The position numbers and the translations under genes are program-made. A stretch of DNA of 30,002 bases from Bacteroidales bacterium (GTDB lineage: Bacteria > Bacteroidota > Bacteroidia > Bacteroidales > UBA12077), in contig JANQHR010000096.1 in NCBI GenBank assembly GCA_028282585.1, positions 1-30,002 on the forward strand, given 5' to 3'. The notes under the pieces were generated by a model. That model was not told the DNA's origin. It did not search any database and saw only the letters and a list, made by a program, of their open reading frames with translations. This document shows, one piece after another, positions 7,903-16,340 of this stretch. Within the stretch, counting starts at the first letter, position 1. Every line of letters begins with the position of its first letter.

Positions 7903-8932
7903 GTTAAAAAACATATCGGTTAAGCTAGGTGAATTTCAGCTCAAGAATATTAACCTGCAATTAGAAAAAGGAGATTATTATGTTCTTTTAGGTAAATCCG
8001 GTGTTGGTAAAACGGTACTTCTGGAGATAATAGCTGGTTTAATAAAACATAGAGCCGGACAGGTAATTCTAAATAATGTAGATATCACAAACCATAAAAT
8101 TCAAAACAGAAAAGTTGGGATAGTTTTTCAAGATTATTCCATCTTTCCTCATCTTAATGTATGGCAAAACATTTTATTTCCTATAAAAAAAAGGAAAATT
8201 AGTAAAAAGCGTAAAGAGGAACTTGTTAAAAAATTTGCGGAACTAACTAATATTTCGCATCTTTTAGATAGAAATCCCCAGAACTTGTCCGGAGGCGAAT
8301 TACAACGTGTTGCTTTGGCTCGTACTCTAATAACTGAACCTGTTTGCCTTCTGCTCGACGAACCATTAGCCTCACTTGATGTGCAATTAAAAAATGGCTT
8401 AAGAAACTTACTTAGAAAAATTAACCATAATGGTGTAACGATATTACACGTAACACACGATTATGAAGAAGCCATTGCTTTATCAAACAAAGTAGCTGTT
8501 GTTCACGAAGGAGAAATAATTCAAAAGGGTCTTACCAAAGAAGTATTTAAAAGGCCAGCTAATGAGTTTGTCGCAAATTTTACTGGAATAAAAAACTTCT
8601 TCATCGCAGAATTTTTACCAGAAAATATTGCAAAAATAAATGGTAAGATACAAATAAAAGTATCTAATAAAGCCAACTTGCAAAAAGGGAGAATTATCAT
8701 TAGGGGAGAAGAGATTATATTATCAAATAATAAAATTGAATCCAGCGCAACAAACAATTTTAAAGGAAAAATTTTACAAATCATTCCGTATTTAGCCAAT
8801 TACGAAATTATAGTCGATATTGGAATTGAACTTTCAGTTGTTATTTCGGAAGAATCACTCCATATATTAAGTATAAAAGAAGGCTATGAAATTTGGGCAT
8901 CTTTTAAATCTACTGCTATGAAGGTTATATAA
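7895..8932 (+). CDS. wtpC: Tungstate/molybdate ABC transporter ATPase with C-terminal TOBE domain (WtpC/ModC)
   Basis: Walker A GKSGVGKT, signature LSGGELQR, Walker B LLLDEP, H-loop VTHD and TOBE SSATNNFKG...FKS. Overlaps the permease stop. Confidence 0.9.
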   Translation: MLELKNISVKLGEFQLKNINLQLEKGDYYVLLGKSGVGKTVLLEIIAGLIKHRAGQVILNNVDITNHKIQNRKVGIVFQDYSIFPHLNVWQNILFPIKKRKISKKRKEELVKKFAELTNISHLLDRNPQNLSGGELQRVALARTLITEPVCLLLDEPLASLDVQLKNGLRNLLRKINHNGVTILHVTHDYEEAIALSNKVAVVHEGEIIQKGLTKEVFKRPANEFVANFTGIKNFFIAEFLPENIAKINGKIQIKVSNKANLQKGRIIIRGEEIILSNNKIESSATNNFKGKILQIIPYLANYEIIVDIGIELSVVISEESLHILSIKEGYEIWASFKSTAMKVI

Positions 8933-9059
8933 CCTCCGGAACGTTATTCAATGTGATTATTTATAAATCAAACGAGACTCGATTACTTTGCTCGCAATTA
9001 TTTTTTTTATAACTTGTTGTTTCCAATAAAATCTTGATTATTAACTAAATCATAACAGC

Positions 9060-9974
9060 ATGAAATTTAAATTAGTAACTTTATTATTAATGCTAATTGT
9101 TTTTAGCATTGGAAACCTACATGCACAAGAAGAAAAGGAAATAATACCTGTTTTTGAAGGAAGCCGGGTAAATTATGATGATAACCTTGGTTTTGATTTT
9201 TTTGATATTTGCGTTGGAAAGCAAACAGAAGATACCGCTAAAATAAAGCGAGTTGAAGGATATATTCACCATCGCTTCTGCTATGCCCCTGCAAACACTT
9301 CAGCATACGAAATAGTAAAAAATTATGAAGAAGCCGTAAAACAAAAAGATGGAATTGTCTATGATTTAGTGCAAAAGGCTGAATGTATTGAGGCATTTAT
9401 GAAAAAAGGTCATCCCGGGCACGGTATGACCAATTATGAATATTTACAACTGCCAAATTATGCAGGCGAATATTTTTCAGGAAAGATATCCGGTGATGAA
9501 CATGATTATTATATTGCAATCGCGTTAGCAAATGTTAGCGGTAAGATCGTATATTCGCTAGTTACAATACAATCTAAAGCTATGGAAACCGGGAAAGTTA
9601 CGCTTGGAAATTTAGAAGAGGGCCTAATGGAAAAAGGGCATGTAGCCATTTATAATATCTTTTTTGATACTGGCAAATACGATGTAAAAGAAGAATCTAA
9701 TGATGCATTAAAAGTTATTGCAGAATTTATGAACTCAAACCCTGATAAAAAGTTTTATATAGTAGGACACACTGATAATGTTGGTGGGTTCGAAATGAAC
9801 TTGCAGCTTTCGGAAGACCGTGCCAAAGCAGTGGTCAATGCGCTTATAAATAACCATGGCGTAAAAACAGAACAATTAAAAGCTAATGGAATAGGCCCGC
9901 TTGCACCAATAAAAAGTAATAAAGATGATACAGGTAAAGCTAAGAACCGCAGAGTTGAAATTGTTGAACAATAG
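9060..9974 (+). CDS. Exported protein with a C-terminal OmpA-like peptidoglycan-binding domain
   Basis: Signal peptide ending LHA-Q; motifs IFFDTGK, VGHTDNVG, NLQLSEDRAKAV and KNRRVEIV. Confidence 0.88.
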   Translation: MKFKLVTLLLMLIVFSIGNLHAQEEKEIIPVFEGSRVNYDDNLGFDFFDICVGKQTEDTAKIKRVEGYIHHRFCYAPANTSAYEIVKNYEEAVKQKDGIVYDLVQKAECIEAFMKKGHPGHGMTNYEYLQLPNYAGEYFSGKISGDEHDYYIAIALANVSGKIVYSLVTIQSKAMETGKVTLGNLEEGLMEKGHVAIYNIFFDTGKYDVKEESNDALKVIAEFMNSNPDKKFYIVGHTDNVGGFEMNLQLSEDRAKAVVNALINNHGVKTEQLKANGIGPLAPIKSNKDDTGKAKNRRVEIVEQ

Positions 9975-9985
9975 AAATGTATTAG

Positions 9986-10981
9986 ATGGAAAGTAAAAGT
10001 TTTAAGGCCCTTGTCATTGAAGAACAAGATGGAAAATATTTAAGAAATATAAAAACCCAAAAGATTGGTGAATTACCTTTCGGGGACTTATTAATAAAGG
10101 TAAGTTACTCATCTTTAAACTACAAAGATGCGCTTTCTTCCATTGGAAACAAAGGCGTAACAAAAAACTATCCTCACACCCCTGGAATTGACGCCGTTGG
10201 TATTGTAGAAAAATCCGACAATGTTGATTTTAAAATTGGTGAAGAAGTTATCGTTACCAGTTATGATTTAGGAATGGACACATCTGGAGGATTCGGTCAG
10301 TACATTCGTGTTCCTTCTGAATGGGCCATAAAACTGCCGGAAAGTTTAACAATGAAAGAAGCCATGATTCTGGGAACGGCAGGCTTAACCGCTGGAATTC
10401 TAGTACTAAGATTATCGGAAAAAGTAACACCAAAACAAGGGAAAATAGTCGTTTCAGGAGCAACAGGTGGAGTTGGAAGTTTAAGTGTTGCCATATTAGC
10501 AAAATTAGGGTATCATGTTGTTGCAATTACAGGCAAAGAAAAAGAAAAAGATTTTCTATTTAATTTGGGCGCAAGAGAAATAATGCTTCGAAAAGAAATT
10601 GATCAACCGGAAAAACGACCCATGCTAAGTGCTAAATTTACCGGAGGAATTGATACCGTTGGTGGTACGATACTTGAGAATATCATAAAATCAACAGCAA
10701 ATATGGGAGTGGTTGCATGTTGCGGAAACGCTGCATCTCCTAAAATCGATTTAACTGTATTTCCGTTTATACTTCGTGGTATTTCATTAATTGGTATAGG
10801 TACACAGGAACACCCAATGCCTGAAAGAAAGATGGTCTGGAACAAATTAGCCAATGAATGGAAACCGAGTCAGTTAATAAACATACATAGAGAAGTTACT
10901 TTGGAAGAATTAAATAATGAAATCGATTCCATACTTAAAGGTCAAATAAAAGGAAGAGTAATTGTTAATCTCTGGAAATAG
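9986..10981 (+). CDS. yhdH: YhdH/AcuI-family NADPH-dependent medium-chain reductase (acryloyl-CoA reductase-like)
   Basis: Motifs YSSLNYKDAL, PGIDAVG, GTAGLTA, GATGGVGS and PFILRGISLIGI. Confidence 0.88.
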   Translation: MESKSFKALVIEEQDGKYLRNIKTQKIGELPFGDLLIKVSYSSLNYKDALSSIGNKGVTKNYPHTPGIDAVGIVEKSDNVDFKIGEEVIVTSYDLGMDTSGGFGQYIRVPSEWAIKLPESLTMKEAMILGTAGLTAGILVLRLSEKVTPKQGKIVVSGATGGVGSLSVAILAKLGYHVVAITGKEKEKDFLFNLGAREIMLRKEIDQPEKRPMLSAKFTGGIDTVGGTILENIIKSTANMGVVACCGNAASPKIDLTVFPFILRGISLIGIGTQEHPMPERKMVWNKLANEWKPSQLINIHREVTLEELNNEIDSILKGQIKGRVIVNLWK

Positions 10982-11150
10982 TTTAATTTTTATTTAGAAC
11001 TTATTTTTAAACCTCTAACAAATTAAATATTCTAAGAACATATAATCTTTAACTATTGGGCAATAAGACAAGTTAAATCATAAACATTAAGTTAATCTAA
11101 TTTTTATACTATTTTAATTTAATTCATAGATTAAAAATACTTGTAATTAC

Positions 11151-11158
11151 TAATTTTG
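11151..11158 (+). promoter_or_regulatory. Bacteroidota -7 promoter box
   Basis: TAATTTTG, about 20 nt upstream of the ATG at 11178. Confidence 0.55.
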
Positions 11159-11177
11159 CAGAGTAAAAAGTAGGAAA

Positions 11178-11843
11178 ATGACAAAGCAGGATTCAGATAT
11201 TTTATCAAAAAATAAAGATCAAAAAGAAGTTTTAAAAGATTACTGGAATGATACTTATAAAAAAGATATAAGTAAGTTAAATTGGTATGAAGAAAAGCCC
11301 AGACCTTCTTTGAAGTTGATTAAATTGTGCAATCTTAAAAAAGATGCTGCCATTCTAAATGTAGGAGCTGGAGCTACGATTTTAATTGATGAACTGCTTA
11401 AACTGGGCTATAGTAATGTAATTGCTAATGACTTAAGTGCAAACGCTCTTAGTAAAATCCAGGAACGACTTGGCGAAGACAACGATAAAGTAACGTGGTT
11501 AGTAGATGATTTAACTAATCCAAAAGAACTTCTTAATCTTGGAGAAGTTGATTTATGGGTTGATAGAGCTGTTTTACACTTTTTCATAGAAAAGAAAGAA
11601 CAAGACACTTACTTTCAACTAATTAAAAAACTTGTAAAGAAAAAAGGATTTGTGATTATCGCTGTATTTAACTTTAAAACAGACGATGAAAGTGAGGCTT
11701 TACCTGTTTATCGGTTCGAACAAAATATGTTACAGTTTAAATTGGGTCAAGAATTTAACCTGATCGAAGACTTTAACTATACCTTTGAGGGACCATACGG
11801 TGATACCAGAGAGTATGTTTATACACTCTTTCAACGAATATGA
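11178..11843 (+). CDS. Class I SAM-dependent methyltransferase
   Basis: Motifs ILNVGAGA, ANDLS and DLWVDRAVLHF. Confidence 0.85.
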   Translation: MTKQDSDILSKNKDQKEVLKDYWNDTYKKDISKLNWYEEKPRPSLKLIKLCNLKKDAAILNVGAGATILIDELLKLGYSNVIANDLSANALSKIQERLGEDNDKVTWLVDDLTNPKELLNLGEVDLWVDRAVLHFFIEKKEQDTYFQLIKKLVKKKGFVIIAVFNFKTDDESEALPVYRFEQNMLQFKLGQEFNLIEDFNYTFEGPYGDTREYVYTLFQRI

Positions 11844-11948
11844 TAACCCTGAATTACTAAAAAGCAATTAAACCACTCAAGAAAACTAAGTTCCTGAAAA
11901 TAAATTAAAAATAAATTGAACTTATCGTTGTTTAGTTAATTATTATAC

Positions 11949-11956
11949 TACCTTTG
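11949..11956 (+). promoter_or_regulatory. Bacteroidota -7 promoter box of the csp gene
   Basis: TACCTTTG upstream of the ATG at 11985. Confidence 0.6.
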
Positions 11957-11984
11957 TGCGCTAATTAACAAATAAATATTAAGA

Positions 11985-12176
11985 ATGAACACAGGAACAG
12001 TAAAGTTCTTTAACGATGCCAAAGGATTTGGTTTTATTAAAGAAGACAATTCAAACAAAGAACATTTTGTACATGTATCAGGTTTAATTGATGAGATCAA
12101 AGAAGATGACTATGTAGAGTTTGAATTAGAACAAGGTAAAAAAGGATTAAACGCAGTAAACGTAAGAGTTATATAA
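11985..12176 (+). CDS. csp: Cold-shock protein (CspA family)
   Basis: GTVKFFNDAKGFGFI (RNP1), FVHVS (RNP2) and GKKGLNAVNV. Confidence 0.95.
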   Translation: MNTGTVKFFNDAKGFGFIKEDNSNKEHFVHVSGLIDEIKEDDYVEFELEQGKKGLNAVNVRVI

Positions 12177-12198
12177 TATTTGATTTTATTTACCGATC

Positions 12199-12231
12199 TA
12201 GAAAGCCTGTTTGTTTTAAACAGGCTTTCTA
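12199..12231 (+). terminator. Intrinsic terminator after csp
   Basis: Perfect 14-bp inverted repeat TAGAAAGCCTGTTT / AAACAGGCTTTCTA followed by an AT-rich tract. Confidence 0.8.
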
Positions 12232-12295
12232 ATTTATTATATCAAAACCAATAAACTAAAATATCCTTTTATATAAATACTCGGAAATAAATGCG

Positions 12296-12303
12296 TATCT
12301 TTG
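12296..12303 (+). promoter_or_regulatory. Bacteroidota -7 promoter box preceding a long leader to the RRM gene
   Basis: TATCTTTG just downstream of the csp terminator. Confidence 0.55.
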
Positions 12304-12533
12304 TACAAACTTAGATTTGAGAATTTGCGCTTTATTTACTAATTCCTATCATTTAGTTAGTTCATCACTGCTCTTTTTTTTAGATCCATAATACCATTAA
12401 AAAACAAAAACGCAATAACATATCAAAGTTAGAAAAACTTTATCATTTTCATCCTTTAATCAAGATTAAGCGATAAAGTTCTTTAACTATGTTATTTCTA
12501 TTTGTTATAAAACTAACCTTAAAAATTAAAATA

Positions 12534-12785
12534 ATGAACATTTATGTAGGCAACCTTGATTATAAGGTAAATGAAGAAGACTTAAGAAGTATGTTTGAAG
12601 AATTTGGAAACATTAGCTCCGTAAAAATTATTATCGACAAATATAACGGAAGAAGTAAAGGATTTGGATTTGTCGAAATGGAAGAAGGTGGAAAAAATGC
12701 TATCCAGACGTTAAATGGTAAAACATTTAAGAACCGGGAAATTATTGTAAACGAGGCTAGGTCTAAAAGAGATTTCAACAGATAA
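12534..12785 (+). CDS. Single-RRM RNA-binding protein (Bacteroidota Rbp type)
   Basis: MNIYVGNL (RNP2) and SKGFGFVEM (RNP1). The likely start is ATG 12534. Confidence 0.92.
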   Translation: MNIYVGNLDYKVNEEDLRSMFEEFGNISSVKIIIDKYNGRSKGFGFVEMEEGGKNAIQTLNGKTFKNREIIVNEARSKRDFNR

Positions 12786-12890
12786 GTATTAAAGTCTTTA
12801 GTTTAATTAAAACTCTTTTCAGCAATTTAATCAATGCCTTTGTATCTTTTATACGATAAAAGATTATTTTACTATTTAACAAAAAATCGC

Positions 12891-13757
12891 ATGAGGCAAC
12901 TAAAAATTACAAAACAAATAACTCATCGAAATGAAGATTCCATTAACAGGTACTTTCATGAGATAAGCAAATATACAGTTCTTAGTGCTGAGGAAGAAGT
13001 TGAGCTAACAGTAAAAATTAGAAAAGGTGATGATGTCGCTTTAGAAAAATTAATAGTTGCCAATTTAAGATTTGTTATTTCTGTTGCAAAGCAATATCAA
13101 AATCATGGATTATCATTTTCCGATTTAATCAATGAAGGAAATGTAGGACTAGTTAAAGCAGCTAAAAAGTTTGATGAAACAAGAGGCTTTAAATTTATAT
13201 CATACGCAGTATGGTGGATTAGGCAATGTATTATTCAAGCCATTTCCGAACAAACCAGAACCGTTAGGTTACCCTTAAACAGGTTAACATCTATTAATAA
13301 AATTGGAAAAGCCTCTCTTTATTTGGAACAGGAATTTGAAAGAACACCAACCAACGAAGAACTTGCTGCTTATTTGGAGCTTTCAACTGAAGAAGTTCAA
13401 ACTGCAAACTTTATTAAACAAAAACAGGTATCTTTTGATATGCCAATTTCAAAAGATAACGATAGTGATGCGAATTTATATGATTTTGTTCAAACGGATA
13501 CTATACCATCACCAGATAATAATTTAATTCAAGAATCATTAACAACTAATATTTCGAGAGCATTGAGTAAACTGTCATTAAGAGAAGCAGAAATACTGAC
13601 TATGTTCTATGGGTTGAATAAAACGAAAACTTACCGTTTAAATGATATAGCCTTAAGGTTTGATATGACAACAGAAAGGGTTCGTCAAATTAAAAGCAGG
13701 GCACTCGTAAGGTTAAAGAGCGTACTTAAAGAAAATTATGCTATTTTAGAAAATTAA
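12891..13757 (+). CDS. Sigma-70 factor, RpoD/SigA-like Bacteroidota type, probably a secondary paralog
   Basis: MRQLKITKQIT start; region 2 ANLRFVISVAKQY..DLINEGNVGLVKAAKKFDETRGFKFISYAVWWIRQ; region 4 TTERVRQIKSRAL; no region 1.1. Confidence 0.9.
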   Translation: MRQLKITKQITHRNEDSINRYFHEISKYTVLSAEEEVELTVKIRKGDDVALEKLIVANLRFVISVAKQYQNHGLSFSDLINEGNVGLVKAAKKFDETRGFKFISYAVWWIRQCIIQAISEQTRTVRLPLNRLTSINKIGKASLYLEQEFERTPTNEELAAYLELSTEEVQTANFIKQKQVSFDMPISKDNDSDANLYDFVQTDTIPSPDNNLIQESLTTNISRALSKLSLREAEILTMFYGLNKTKTYRLNDIALRFDMTTERVRQIKSRALVRLKSVLKENYAILEN

Positions 13758-13790
13758 AAAATAAATAATATAATCACCTAACAAATATTT

Positions 13791-14240
13791 ATGGGCAGAT
13801 CACAAGAAACTTTTAACAAGAAGGAAGTTAGACAGAGAAAAGAAAAAAAGAGAAAAGAAAAAGCTCAAAAAAGATTAGAGAAGAAGGAAAATGAAAAGAA
13901 AAATTCGTTAAACGACATGATTGCTTACGTTGACGAAAATGGTGTAATTAGTTCAACGCCACCCGATCCGGATAAAAAATCTAAAGTTAAAGCAGAAGAA
14001 ATTGAACTAGGTGTTCCCTCTCGAAATAACGAAGATGATGATCCAACAAGAACAGGTATAGTTTCTCATTTTAACCAATCAAAAGGTTTTGGTTTTATAA
14101 AAGATTCTGTTACAAAACAAGGTATATTTTTCCATATCAATAATGTAACCGGAGATGTCATTGAAGGAAACAAAGTTCAATTTGAAATTGAAAACGGACC
14201 AAAAGGACCCACAGCTATAAAAGTTATTAAAGTTAAGTAG
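13791..14240 (+). CDS. Cold-shock-domain protein with basic N-terminal extension
   Basis: Lys/Glu-rich N-terminus (MGRSQETFNKKE...), then AYVDENG, then the CSD GIVSHFNQSKGFGFI..IFFHI..GPKGPTA. Confidence 0.9.
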   Translation: MGRSQETFNKKEVRQRKEKKRKEKAQKRLEKKENEKKNSLNDMIAYVDENGVISSTPPDPDKKSKVKAEEIELGVPSRNNEDDDPTRTGIVSHFNQSKGFGFIKDSVTKQGIFFHINNVTGDVIEGNKVQFEIENGPKGPTAIKVIKVK

Positions 14241-15330
14241 AATAAACTCTACCTAATTTCTTTAACATCTTTCCATGTTCCCAAAGTGCGCTTAAGAAAT
14301 CCGGTTGAACATAATACGGCAAATTGTGTTTTTTTGCCATATCCTTAACCAGTTTAGATAACTTGCGATAATGAACATGGCTAATATTGGGAAACAAATG
14401 ATGCTCAACCTGGTAATTTAGGCCTCCAATAAACCAGGAAAAAACACGACTACGTGGAGCAAAATCGGATGTAGTAAATAATTGATGAACGGCCCAATTA
14501 TTTTCCAATGTATTATTCTCATCCGGTATCGGATAATCTGATGTTGGTACCACGTGAGCAGTCTGAAAAATTATGGTTAAAATAAACCCACTGGTATAAT
14601 GCATTGCTAAAAAGAAAATAATTACCCAGTACCATGCAAATGGTAGAATTAAAATCGGAATTATCAAAAAGGCTACAAAATACAATAGTTTTGTTACGAT
14701 TAATATAATCCAAAGCTGTAATGTTGATAATCTATTACTTAAAGATGCGCCATTTCTTTTATATTTAATTAACTGCTTAAAATCCTTGTTGGTTACCCAG
14801 GTAAGTGTCATTAAACCGTATAAAACCCATGCATAAATATGCTGGTATCTATGAATTTTTAACAAAGGTTTATGCGGAGAAAACCTCAATAAGGAACCCG
14901 GGTCAATATCCTCGTCATATCCTTCGATATTTGTAAAACCATGATGCAAAGTGTTATGTTGGTGTCTCCAGGTAATTGGCGACCCACCAAGCAAATAAAG
15001 TGTATTTCCCATTAAATTATTTACCCATTTAACAGACGAATAAGATTTGTGGTTAGCATCGTGCATTACTGCCATTCCAATTCCTGCCTTTCCAACTCCC
15101 ATTATAATCCAACAAAATAAAACGCCTGCAAACGAATTAATAATACCGGTAAGCATTATAAAATAAGGAGAAAAATACAATAAAAACATAAATGTAGTTT
15201 TCAAATACAAATTTAAATTTCCATTTTCTGAAATATTATTACCCTCAAAATAGTTTGATACTTTTTCCCTTAATTCAAATATAAACTCGTTCTTACTATT
15301 TGATCTAAACTTTATATTCTCGCTTATCAT
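14233..15330 (-). CDS. Membrane fatty acid (acyl-CoA/acyl-lipid) desaturase
   Basis: Three His boxes (HDANH, HNTLHH, QVEHH) and several TM segments. Confidence 0.92.
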   Translation of the reverse strand: MISENIKFRSNSKNEFIFELREKVSNYFEGNNISENGNLNLYLKTTFMFLLYFSPYFIMLTGIINSFAGVLFCWIIMGVGKAGIGMAVMHDANHKSYSSVKWVNNLMGNTLYLLGGSPITWRHQHNTLHHGFTNIEGYDEDIDPGSLLRFSPHKPLLKIHRYQHIYAWVLYGLMTLTWVTNKDFKQLIKYKRNGASLSNRLSTLQLWIILIVTKLLYFVAFLIIPILILPFAWYWVIIFFLAMHYTSGFILTIIFQTAHVVPTSDYPIPDENNTLENNWAVHQLFTTSDFAPRSRVFSWFIGGLNYQVEHHLFPNISHVHYRKLSKLVKDMAKKHNLPYYVQPDFLSALWEHGKMLKKLGRVYST

Positions 15331-15398
15331 ATTAATCTAATTTATATCACCCTTTAGAAACAACAGTATCTAATTAAAGTTCATAAAAGGAATGCTCG

Positions 15399-16205
15399 TT
15401 AGTTTTTTCTTAAAACAAAACTCCAATATTCAAAAGTTCCATCGTTAAATGAATTGTACCTTGTTGAGCCTTTGGTTCCTGCAAATTTTTCAAACAATTT
15501 GTGAAGCATGCCAGGTACTTTTTTTTGAATTAACTGTTCTCTTCTTTTTGTATCCAAATCAAGCCCTTTTGCAACATTTTTTGTGATATCTTTTTCATTG
15601 ATAATAGTAAATCCACATTCCTTCAGGTCTTTTTTTATTTCATCAACCTTTCCTTTTTCAATCATGTCAGCAAATAAAAAATCACCATTATCATTCAAAA
15701 CACGGTACACCTCCTGAAAGAATAACTTAATATCACTATAACATCTCGCAGATTCAACATTCACAAGTGCATCATAAGTTGCATCATCGACAGGAATTTT
15801 CTCAGCTCTTCCTTCTAAAAATGATAACCCGGAAACATTATAACACTGATTACAGAACTTAATAACTCCTGAAGAAATATCAACTCCAGTATATTTTTCT
15901 GGTTTACAATAACGAGAAATATAGTCTGCTCCTCCTCCGCGTCCGGAACCAATTTCAATAACCTTTTTATTTTCAAGGTTCACACTATTTACAACATGAT
16001 GATATAACTGAATACAATAACGGTTTATTTCATCTTCTTCTTTAAGCAGAATTGGTTTGTCACCATTTAATCCTGCATAGCCGTAATTCATGAAATTCAC
16101 CGTACTATCTTTATCAAATCGAATTAATAAGTTATGCCATATTCTCCACATTGGACGACGTAAAGCGTTTGGGAAGTCACAATAATTATCAACTACATTT
16201 ATCAT
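15399..16205 (-). CDS. SAM-dependent methyltransferase resembling mycobacterial phthiotriol/fatty-acid O-methyltransferases
   Basis: Motifs FMNYGY, NRYCIQLYHHV, EIGSGRGGGA, YTGVDIS and NVESARCY. Confidence 0.8.
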   Translation of the reverse strand: MINVVDNYCDFPNALRRPMWRIWHNLLIRFDKDSTVNFMNYGYAGLNGDKPILLKEEDEINRYCIQLYHHVVNSVNLENKKVIEIGSGRGGGADYISRYCKPEKYTGVDISSGVIKFCNQCYNVSGLSFLEGRAEKIPVDDATYDALVNVESARCYSDIKLFFQEVYRVLNDNGDFLFADMIEKGKVDEIKKDLKECGFTIINEKDITKNVAKGLDLDTKRREQLIQKKVPGMLHKLFEKFAGTKGSTRYNSFNDGTFEYWSFVLRKN

Positions 16206-16263
16206 TTCTTTGTTTTTTGGTTTAGCGCAATTTAAAACCTAAACCTATCGATAAAAAAACAAA

Positions 16264-16335
16264 GGGCTCAACAGTTGCAAAATTGTGGAGAACAAGATTA
16301 AGTTGGGGTGAATAACAATATTTAGTGACGAATAG
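16264..16335 (-). promoter_or_regulatory. Four phased imperfect direct repeats (putative LytTR operator)
   Basis: Minus-strand units CTATTCGTCAC, TTATTCACCCC, TTGTTCTCCAC and CTGTTGAGCCC, spaced 20, 20 and 21 bp, upstream of a TAAATTGC -7-like box (16234-16227). Confidence 0.55.
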
Positions 16336-16340
16336 CAGCT

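Noticed and set aside
9060-10981. Including the OmpA-domain and yhdH genes in the W/Mo system
   Set aside because: They are separated from wtpC by 127 bp, I saw no ModE-like box there, and both are common unrelated families.
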